Made by a program: the position numbers and the translations under genes. Shown piece by piece: positions 8,584 through 17,000 of a stretch of DNA of 53,914 bases. The notes under the pieces are model-generated. The model was not told the origin of the DNA and did no database searches. It saw only the letters and a list, made by a program, of their open reading frames with translations. Source of the stretch: a virus. Its lineage: Duplodnaviria > Caudoviricetes. How positions within the stretch are numbered: position 1 is the stretch's first letter; each line of letters opens with the position of its first letter. Location: IMG/VR virus record IMGVR_UViG_3300009068_000052, positions 1 to 53,914 of that record; one strand, 5' to 3'.

Positions 8584-10786
8584 ACGGTCTTGTGTCCCCA
8601 ACGTCTGCGTGCAGCAAGGTCTTGCCTAGTTGGTAGTCGCCGCCCGCAACGTCAGAAGTGAAAATTAAGCGTATCTCGCGGCGCTGTTCACGCATGTCAA
8701 TCTTGCCGGTGTTCTTGTCAAACAAATAGGGCGTGCTTTCAACATCCTGCCCTTGCGCAAAGGGCCGACCAGTGACAACCAAACTCATCTCGCCCTCCAT
8801 GATGAAGTCAGGCTCAACGCGCTCCAGCCGGTTCCATTTGTTGAGACCAACAGGCGCGGTTTCAGATGGGCCACCGGCCACCCAGCCAAGGTCGCTGGTC
8901 TCAAAGAAGCTCTCAATTGCCAGCACATCCTGACCGTTGACGCTGTCCACGCCAATCTCATGCTGAAATAGTTGGATGAGGTCTGGCTGGGTAGAGAAGG
9001 TCAGCGTTGTGGTTGCGGAAGCGGTAGCCGCCGCAGATAACAAAACCGCCTGCTGGTAAATGGTCTGCACCTTGATGGAAAAACCCGACCCAGTTCCGCC
9101 AATTGATGCCGCCGAAGCGCTCAAAACATTGTCAATGGCATAGGCAGCGCCACGGGAGGTGATGGTCACGGATGTGACTGCCGCACCAGACACCACCACG
9201 GTGGCCCTTGCGCCCGTTCCAGAGCCTCCAGTGAGGATGACGTTGGTGTAGGTGCCGTTGGTGTACAAAGACCCGCCCACGAGCGTGTACAGGGCTTTGA
9301 TGTTGCTGGATGTAATGCCGTTGACCAGCGACCCAGAAACAATACCGGCACCAGACACCAGTTGCTCAAGGATGATGTTGCCGTCATAGGTGTCCGTGTA
9401 CACCAGAGCGCTGCCTGAAGTGACAAGGAAAGAGCCTGTTGTCACAGGTGCCTCAACGGTTGCGTCCCATGACGCCTCCACGGGGTAGGCAAAAACTTGG
9501 GAGAAGTACCCAGCAGAGCGCCGAGCGCCTTCTGCTTCCCCGGCGTCATACCATATGTTTTCACGGACGTTGTAGATGATGGCGTCGGTGCATTCGGTTG
9601 CGTTGCCACGGGGATAAAACCACCACACCTCGCCGAACCGTGGCACCTTGCTCACCCAGACCTTTTGACGCTCTGCGTAGTTCAGGTTGTCAAAGAAGTA
9701 GTTCTGGTTCATGGTGTTGGGGATTTCCTTGACCACGCCGTTGTACAGCAGGAAACGGTCAACGCCACACCAGTAATACACGCCGTCGTACTCAATGGCA
9801 GACTGCGAAGACAAAATGGAAGACTGGCTGCTGATGATGTCGTAGCGCCAGTATTGCGCAGGAGTTCCCTGTCCGCCGATGTAGGACACTCGGACTAGGC
9901 TGTCAAGGCTCCAGAACAGCCCAGAAGGCGCGTTTGAGCCGCCCCTGACTGGTAGCCCTTGGACAATCTTTCCGGTCGCTACGTTGGTCTCATTGGCATC
10001 CGCAGAAACCCAGTCTTGGGCGTTGCCTGCGGCAGAGTTTCTAATCAACCCGTCATTGCCATACACAAAGACGTAGGGGTGAAGCGAGACCACCCCGCCC
10101 GACACTGCGACGTTGTTGTTGAAGGTCAGCGTCACCGTGCCGCTTGCGGTAGCTGGCAAGGACATGACCACAGTGGTGGTGACAACAGATACCACTCGTG
10201 TACCCGACGAAATACCTACACCAGAAATGGTTTGCCCTGCGCCAATAAGAGGATTTGACGCAGCCAAGGTAATGGTGGCGTTGGTGTTGACCGTGGTGGC
10301 AGAGGCGGTAAACACGCCAATCTGGCTCATGGTTGTGCCAGCGATGTCGCCAATCAGTACAGGGGTGTTTACCGTGCTACTGATGCTGTTTAGGTTTTGG
10401 CATGGCGCGGCAAGAATGGCCCGCAAGCCAGAGCCAGAAACATCGTAGAAACCATCGAACTGCCACAGGTTGTTGTCGCTGGCGGTAAAATCACTAAGGG
10501 TAAAATCTTGAACACCAGAGCCGATGCCGTTCTCGTCAATGGTCAGGACTTGCAGCCCATCGTTGTACCCGCTAAAAATGGACGTAAGCGCGTTCTGGGT
10601 GTTTACCCAGATGCCACGGGAAGGGCCGGTCAATTGGCTGGATATGACCCTGTATCCGCCCATCTTGCGCGGGCGACCACGCTGAAACCGAACCCACTTT
10701 CCGTCTACATAAAAACTCATGTCAAACACCGTCCCATCCCGCTGAATTCCAGCAAGGGTGTCAATGGTGAAAACTTTTTGGGTCAT
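8573..10786 (-). CDS. Tail nozzle / packaged-DNA stabilisation protein (P22 gp10-like, beta-propeller)
   Basis: 737 aa, beta-rich, with 'WVRF.RG.P.K.GG', 'F.Y.G.V..IP' and 'F.EVWWFYP' motifs. It follows the adaptor and tail genes. Confidence 0.65.
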   Translation of the reverse strand: MTQKVFTIDTLAGIQRDGTVFDMSFYVDGKWVRFQRGRPRKMGGYRVISSQLTGPSRGIWVNTQNALTSIFSGYNDGLQVLTIDENGIGSGVQDFTLSDFTASDNNLWQFDGFYDVSGSGLRAILAAPCQNLNSISSTVNTPVLIGDIAGTTMSQIGVFTASATTVNTNATITLAASNPLIGAGQTISGVGISSGTRVVSVVTTTVVMSLPATASGTVTLTFNNNVAVSGGVVSLHPYVFVYGNDGLIRNSAAGNAQDWVSADANETNVATGKIVQGLPVRGGSNAPSGLFWSLDSLVRVSYIGGQGTPAQYWRYDIISSQSSILSSQSAIEYDGVYYWCGVDRFLLYNGVVKEIPNTMNQNYFFDNLNYAERQKVWVSKVPRFGEVWWFYPRGNATECTDAIIYNVRENIWYDAGEAEGARRSAGYFSQVFAYPVEASWDATVEAPVTTGSFLVTSGSALVYTDTYDGNIILEQLVSGAGIVSGSLVNGITSSNIKALYTLVGGSLYTNGTYTNVILTGGSGTGARATVVVSGAAVTSVTITSRGAAYAIDNVLSASAASIGGTGSGFSIKVQTIYQQAVLLSAAATASATTTLTFSTQPDLIQLFQHEIGVDSVNGQDVLAIESFFETSDLGWVAGGPSETAPVGLNKWNRLERVEPDFIMEGEMSLVVTGRPFAQGQDVESTPYLFDKNTGKIDMREQRREIRLIFTSDVAGGDYQLGKTLLHADVGDTRPYGS

Positions 10787-12033
10787 ACGAAGGTGCCGCC
10801 AGCAACGCCGCCTGTGAAGTTGCCTGTGCCGACAATAGCCAAGCCGGTGGCCGACAAAGTGGAACGCAACACACCCAAGATGGAAGTGTTGAACTCGCCC
10901 GAAGCGGCGCGATAAACGCCAGTTGATGTTTCGGAAGAAAAATTCAAAGCTGGAGCGCCGACAGTTCCGTTGGTCAGTGAAATGCTACTTGCGCCAGCCA
11001 GCACGGTGTTTGCGTTCAGTAAGTTGACCGAGTCACAAAGCAGGGTGGACTGCTGCCCTGCGGGGACTGTAGCCACGCTTCCACCCGTGTTGGTGGTGAA
11101 GGTGATGGTGAAGTTGGACGCCGTTCCGTCCGTCTGGTTGGTGATGTAGTACACCTGAATGGTCTGAGGCACGATGATGGTCACGTTGCCAGTCAAAGTG
11201 CCTGTGTACTTCTGAACCACGTTTGACGCTTCTGCCGATGTCAGGGTGTAAGTTCCCGTCACCACCGCTTTGGTCAACTGGGTAAAGTTGAACTGCGCCG
11301 CTTGGCCTAAGCCGACGGTGTAGAAAGCAATCCCAGAGCAGCAAATCATGCAGGAGTCGGCTGGCTGCAAAACAATTGAGGCAGAGCCGTTGATAAGTCC
11401 AGAGGCCGGGGTCACCGTCAAGGTGCCAGTGCCTTGGTTGCGCACCAGCATGTACCAGTCATCGCCCAAAGTGGTGGCTGCGGTAAGACCAAGCGTTGCA
11501 GCGCCGCCAGTCCAAACATAGGATGCCGCTCGGTCAGAGGCAAGTGCGGTGTACGCGGAGGCAAACGTGGTTACCGGATGGGCGGTGTTTAGGGTGTTGC
11601 TAATTGCCTTGATTCCATACCCAGCAAGTGCGGCCGCGTCCACGTTGGAAGAACCGACGCCAAACTGAATCAGACCCCAAGTGCCCGAGGTAGTGCTGTT
11701 GGTTCTGATGTAGATGTAAACAGCCGAGCTTGGGGCAACGGTGGCAATCGGGTTAACACCAAGGTAGTCCTTGACCGTGAACGAGTACGAGCCGGTGTTG
11801 CGAATCAAGGCGTCCTGACCAACCGATGTCTGGTTGGCTGGCGGCATCAGAAGCGAGAAGGCACCCGTGGTGGACGTCGAGGACACATCCATGATGCGTG
11901 CCGCAGCGTCATTCAACGCGCTGCCGTTAATAGGCCACGTTAGTTGGCTGGTGGCCGTCAGGGAAATAGAACGGTACGAGACATCCGTGGGCTGGATGAC
12001 TTGGCCCGTAAAGGGGGAGGTAAAAGTAGTCAT
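10783..12033 (-). CDS. Tail structural protein
   Basis: 416 aa, Thr/Ser/Gly-rich beta content, ATGA-coupled within the tail operon. Confidence 0.6.
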   Translation of the reverse strand: MTTFTSPFTGQVIQPTDVSYRSISLTATSQLTWPINGSALNDAAARIMDVSSTSTTGAFSLLMPPANQTSVGQDALIRNTGSYSFTVKDYLGVNPIATVAPSSAVYIYIRTNSTTSGTWGLIQFGVGSSNVDAAALAGYGIKAISNTLNTAHPVTTFASAYTALASDRAASYVWTGGAATLGLTAATTLGDDWYMLVRNQGTGTLTVTPASGLINGSASIVLQPADSCMICCSGIAFYTVGLGQAAQFNFTQLTKAVVTGTYTLTSAEASNVVQKYTGTLTGNVTIIVPQTIQVYYITNQTDGTASNFTITFTTNTGGSVATVPAGQQSTLLCDSVNLLNANTVLAGASSISLTNGTVGAPALNFSSETSTGVYRAASGEFNTSILGVLRSTLSATGLAIVGTGNFTGGVAGGTFV

Positions 12034-12665
12034 ACGTCCTTCGCAATTGCTTGGCGGTCAGCTATACGGATAGCGTTTTCATTCTGCAAGACAGCAATAA
12101 TTTTGTCGTACTGCGCTTGCCACATTGGGATGCGCTCGTCGTTCTTCAGGAAGGGCATTGCTTGCAGCAGTGAGCCGTACAAAAGAGCTTGCGGGGCGTA
12201 CTCGGTGAACCAGTTGGACTGGTTGGAAGAATCAAGGGGCTGGTTGCGCTCGTAGTACAGCACCTCGTAGGTGTACCCAGTTGCAGGGGTCGGAACCACC
12301 AGCCAGTGGTCGTAGTCGTAGTCGCCAAAATATTTGGGAATGTCCGTCATGGTCTGGTCGGGCCAGTATTCACGCAGGTACTCATAGGTGCGCAGCAGGA
12401 CTGGTTGACGGACTCCGGCCACCGAGACGTTCATGGAAACCGTCTTGCGCCAGCGGGCGGGCTTGGGAATGATGTTCTCGGCCTGCGTCATGGTGCTGGA
12501 GACCACCACCAAGTTACCCAAGAACTTGATTTCGGACGCAATAATCTGCTCCGCAAACATGATGAACTGCGGAATCTTGTCAATCGTTTGCGTGTCGGTA
12601 CGCTCTAGATAGGTCGTGATGTCATCGACCAAGCTGTCATACGTCATTACTGCTGCTACGGTCAT
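12030..12665 (-). CDS. Head-tail adaptor / tail tubular protein A-like
   Basis: 211 aa with 'MTY..L...I..YL.R', 'P.Y', 'P.P...Y..E..YY' and 'NW....AP.ALLYG.L..A.PFLKND' motifs. Confidence 0.7.
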   Translation of the reverse strand: MTVAAVMTYDSLVDDITTYLERTDTQTIDKIPQFIMFAEQIIASEIKFLGNLVVVSSTMTQAENIIPKPARWRKTVSMNVSVAGVRQPVLLRTYEYLREYWPDQTMTDIPKYFGDYDYDHWLVVPTPATGYTYEVLYYERNQPLDSSNQSNWFTEYAPQALLYGSLLQAMPFLKNDERIPMWQAQYDKIIAVLQNENAIRIADRQAIAKDV

Positions 12666-12703
12666 GGTTCAGTCCTTGTGTAGAGCGATTGTAAGGTTGG
12701 GGT

Positions 12704-13228
12704 TTAAGCAATCATTGACTCGGCGGCGTCTTGAACGTGGTCTACGCGGGCTAACCAGCCCTTCAGGAACTTTTGTTGAGACGGATTGGTGGTGGCGAGG
12801 CCGTTGTAGAAGCGTTGCTTTTGCTCGGCAAAGTTCTTCAGCAGCACGGCGGGGTCGGTCTTGGCTACGCGCCCCAAAGTCCCGGAGCCGATAACACCGT
12901 CATCCACGGCTCCCACAGCCCGCTGGAGGAACTTCGCAGCCCGGCCAACCCCTGCGTTCACCGCGAAGTCAAAAACGGCGTAATCGACGCCTACGGGCAG
13001 GTCGTCGCACTTCACCAAGTCCCAATACATCTGCTTGTAGAACGGCTTGACGGTTTCCTGCTTCAACGCCTTCATCTCGCCGGGCTGGATGGCTCGTTTG
13101 AGATATGCGCCCCAAGCGTCGATGGTCACGCCTAAATTGGTCTCTCCGCCACGGTCTGCCGGGTCGTTGACGTACCCGCCTTCGGACTTGATGATGCGGG
13201 CGAAGGAGGCATCAAAGTTTTCTTTCAC
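12704..13228 (-). CDS. Endolysin, glycoside hydrolase family 108 with peptidoglycan-binding C-terminus
   Basis: EGGYVNDPADRGGETNLGVT catalytic motif, plus FDFAVNAG, DG.IG..T and FLKGWLAR. Confidence 0.92.
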   Translation of the reverse strand: MKENFDASFARIIKSEGGYVNDPADRGGETNLGVTIDAWGAYLKRAIQPGEMKALKQETVKPFYKQMYWDLVKCDDLPVGVDYAVFDFAVNAGVGRAAKFLQRAVGAVDDGVIGSGTLGRVAKTDPAVLLKNFAEQKQRFYNGLATTNPSQQKFLKGWLARVDHVQDAAESMIA

Positions 13229-13458
13229 GGCGTTGGCTCCTTGTCAGTCTCGCCGTGGGACAGTTTCACACCAGCCAACAAACCGATGAAGCCGCCCACA
13301 ATCGTTTGGAACGCAGGCGAGATAAGTTTGAAAATCTCGGCGTTGTCCACTTTTTCGTCAAACAAGCCTGCCATCAAAACTCCAACCATGCCAACGACAA
13401 CAATGCATAGGGTAAAGCTGACCATAAGGGTTACAAGAAACGTCAGTTTGGCTTTCAT
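13225..13458 (-). CDS. Small two-TM membrane protein in the lysis cassette
   Basis: 77 aa with two hydrophobic stretches, lying between the holin and the endolysin. Confidence 0.7.
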   Translation of the reverse strand: MKAKLTFLVTLMVSFTLCIVVVGMVGVLMAGLFDEKVDNAEIFKLISPAFQTIVGGFIGLLAGVKLSHGETDKEPTP

Positions 13459-13862
13459 TTTGCTGCAACCCCATTGATTTTTTCCGCAGTTCTAAGGGTT
13501 CCAAGCCCAAGCATCCCAATTAAAAGTGGCATCATTGTGCCAACATCCATTTGGGGAAACTTGACGGGATTACCGTATAGCGCACTACCCCACTCAGCAA
13601 TTGGGCCAATGACGAATTGAATGGCAAACCCGCTGCCGCATACCCAACCAATAAATGGTCGCCATCCGCTGACAAAAACATTTGGGTTTGCGGCCTCTTC
13701 TTTGTTGATGGCTAGTTGGCCTGCCATCTGGGCAAGCTCACCCGACTGCTGCATCTTGAACAGTTCCAGCTTTGCAGCCGCAGCCTTCTCGGGGTCGGGC
13801 CAGACCCGGTCAATTACTTTGCCGCCAATGTCAAGCAGCGCGGATAGTGGGTCAAGTGCCAT
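13455..13862 (-). CDS. Holin (3TM, gene-transfer-agent holin family)
   Basis: Motifs 'GKVIDRVWPDP', 'N..EA...FVSGWRPFIGWVCG' and 'GMLGLG.LRT.EK..GVA'. Confidence 0.85.
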   Translation of the reverse strand: MALDPLSALLDIGGKVIDRVWPDPEKAAAAKLELFKMQQSGELAQMAGQLAINKEEAANPNVFVSGWRPFIGWVCGSGFAIQFVIGPIAEWGSALYGNPVKFPQMDVGTMMPLLIGMLGLGTLRTAEKINGVAAK

Positions 13863-13871
13863 GCGGTTCTC

Positions 13872-14093
13872 CTATTTGTCAGCCTTGCTGTCGAGCTTGT
13901 CAAAAATCTGCTTCAGGATGGTCTTAACCTCCGCAATGTCCTCGCGGTAGTCACCCTTGATGACGTAGGTGGTCGGCAACGCATTGACCTTGTCTTCGAG
14001 CTTCTGTATTTGGCGGGTCATGCTGTTCAGCACATAAACAGCAAAGAACCCGGCAATCGCTATGACGATGTTGAATAGCTGCTGGTTTTCCAT
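13872..14093 (-). CDS. Small membrane-anchored coiled-coil protein (lysis region)
   Basis: Likely start MENQQLFNIVIAIAGFFAVYVL at 14093. One TM helix followed by 'YV.K.DY..D..E.K..L..IFDKLD.KADK'. Confidence 0.7.
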   Translation of the reverse strand: MENQQLFNIVIAIAGFFAVYVLNSMTRQIQKLEDKVNALPTTYVIKGDYREDIAEVKTILKQIFDKLDSKADK

Positions 14094-14095
14094 TT

Positions 14096-17000
14096 TTACC
14101 CAAACACAAAGAAAAACTTGCCGCCGCTGCCCGTTGCGGGAGAGGCAGAACTGAATATCCAACCCAGCGACCCGTTGTTGGTTGAGTTTGCCCCGGCGTA
14201 AAAAGTGTCCGCAAGAGAATATGCACGAACGCCCGTTATGGTTAGGTAGTCAGTTGTGGCGGATGTGGCCTGCCCAACGCCTGTGTAGACCAACGTGCAG
14301 GGGCTGGATGCTGATGAGCCTTGAACCGTCAACACCCGTCCAACTTCGCCTGATGCGGTGAAGCTACCCACCGTTTGAGTGGTTGTGCCAAGAGTGATGT
14401 TGGTAGCACCCGTGGCTTTGTAGGTGTTGCTGATGTTAGCAAAGGTGTTGTTGTTCGTGATTGTCAGCGTACCCGCGCCGCCTTGGTCGAGGGTAATGCC
14501 TGAGTAGGAAAGACCACCGCCAATAAAACTTTTAGCCGTTGCTCCAGTTAAGGTAATTGTTCCAGTGCCGGTAATCGTAAGGTTGGTGGGTGTTGCTCCA
14601 GCGTTCCATGCACCAGCATTTGTACCGGGTACAGTCCACGTTCCAGAACCAACAGCCATAGTCCTAACATTTGATGTAGAGGAAAAATTTAACTGAGTGG
14701 TTGTTCCAGTAAAAGTGACGTTATATACATTAGCGTTAAATGTTCCGTAGGCAAGAGTAAGTGCGCCTGTAGTATTGTTAGATGATGAAAAATTATCTTG
14801 CAACGTAACAGAACCACCCGGCGTGCTAATTGTGAATCCTTGTGTAAAAGTCCTACCCGCATTGGTAATTGTTTGACTGGTACGGCCCGCAAAAATCAAC
14901 GTACCCGCTCCCGACAGCGTAGTGCCAGTGCCGTTGACCCAGTTACCGTAAACACCATGAGTTTGACCATCGGCCAACGTCATCGTATTTGTTGTACGGG
15001 CAGCCATATTTATCGTGCCAATGTTATAGGCAGCGTTAATAGTGACCGTGTTTCCGCTGGTCAAACCCGTTGCTTCAAAAAGGCAGGTATCTTGGGCAAG
15101 AGGGAAGTTGTTGATTGCTGGCGCACCGCCGCTAGATGTAGCCCAGCCTATTGCGCTCCAGTTTCCACCGGCAGCAAGGTTCCAATATTTTGTAGTCCCT
15201 GCGCCGAACGTGATGCCACTGTTGCCTTTGCAATCCCCAAGTCGAGTGCCGCTTGCAGGAGCCGCAGCGCCAGCAATAGTGATGTCGCGGAAGTCAGCAT
15301 CAGTTCCAGCAAATGCAGCGCAGGTCAGTGTTCGTGTCGTGCCAAGGGTGTTGGACTGCACAAACGTCCGCATGGTTGCGTCTGTCCCTGCCGAGATTGT
15401 CAAAGTTCCGTTAATGGTTTGATTGGCACTAATAACTTTATTATTGATGGTGCTGGTAGTTGAAGCTCCCAGCACTAAGTTATTAAATGTGTTAACCCCC
15501 GTCATGTTTGCAAGTAGTTCTCCAGTAAGGCTAACATTATAAAAAGTTTGGTTGTTGCCTTGAAAATTTAGATTAGATACGGCTATGTTTATCTGTGAAG
15601 TACCTGCATTAAAAGTAAGGCTTGCCCGACTAGTTTCAGTTGTGCCAAAACCAATTGCAGAGCTACTACCGTTCATGGTTAACGTAGAGGAGCCAAGAGT
15701 AATAGCTGTGATGTTTTGGCCTGAAGCCCTCATGTATGAGGTTGTCAACGAATAGTTTGCGGTTGAAAAAGACCCGTTTACTACGTTAAATCCTGCATTG
15801 TTTCCAAGGTCTGCTGCGCTACCTAAAGTCCAGCCGCATCCAACACCGTTAATTTGTACGGTGTCTGTGCCACCCGCTGAAAGACTAACTCCGTTTGTTG
15901 TAAATGTTTTACCTGTTGCAGAACCAGATAAAATAATTCCACCAGTATACGACCGAGTAATACCAGTAGCCGCCAAGCTCACATTACCGTGAATTGCTAA
16001 TGGTGCAGTACCCGCCCATGTCACGTTGCCCGTTGCAGGGCCAGCCATAGTCAAGGCAGCGCAACGAAGTTGTGTGGCTGTGCAAGTGACGGTGTAGGCT
16101 GTGGCGTTGGACAGCGTGTCAAATATCACCGCATCGGCAGAGGTGGGTACGGAAGCCCCGCTAACGCCTCCAGAGGAGGTTGACCAGTTGGTTGTGCTTG
16201 CCGCAGTCCATGTACCCGTACCGCCTACCCAGTAGCGGGTTGTGGCGGTAGGAGCAGCGGTAAGAATAACGCCTGTGCCTGTACCTGTGCTGTTGGCTCC
16301 AGCGTAGAACTCTCCGGGGCTTGTGGCTATGAAGCCAATCGTTCCCATCGCAAGGTAGTCAACACCCGACACACGAGCGCCAGCAATGACATGGCTTACC
16401 CCTGTACCCGTCACCGTGACTACGTTGCCAACAGTACCTGTCACTGTCCAAGCGCCAAATGTTTGGGTAGTTGTTCCGAGGGCAATGGTGTGCGCTACGG
16501 TTTTGGTGCTGGCAAGTTCGGTGAATTGATTGTCGCCTGTGATTGTGGTTGTGGATATTCCAGTTGCGCCACCGATAGTGAGTTTGTTGTAAGAAAAAGA
16601 CTGCCCCGAAAATGTTCGGTCGGTGGTGGTAGTGTTGGATAAAACAATATTAGCTGTGCCTTTGTATAAAACAGAACTAGCGTTAAATGACCATACACTT
16701 CCGGTTCCAGATAGCGTCCACGTTCCAGAACCCATTTTTAATATTGCAGCACTGGATGGGCCACTAAGTGCATCTGCTGTAAAGTTGTACGCCACAGCAT
16801 CAAACGTACCACTAAGATGGGTAAAACCTCTACCTGCTATAAGCGTCAAAGCATCAGCAAGTTGAACAGTTCCTGTGCTGGAGTCAACGGCTACAAGGCA
16901 ACCAAAAGACACACCGTTGCTGGTAATAGTTTGAGTTCCTCGACCCCCAAAAGTAATTGTGTTTGCATTGCTGGATGGCGAAACGCCTGTACCAAACGTC

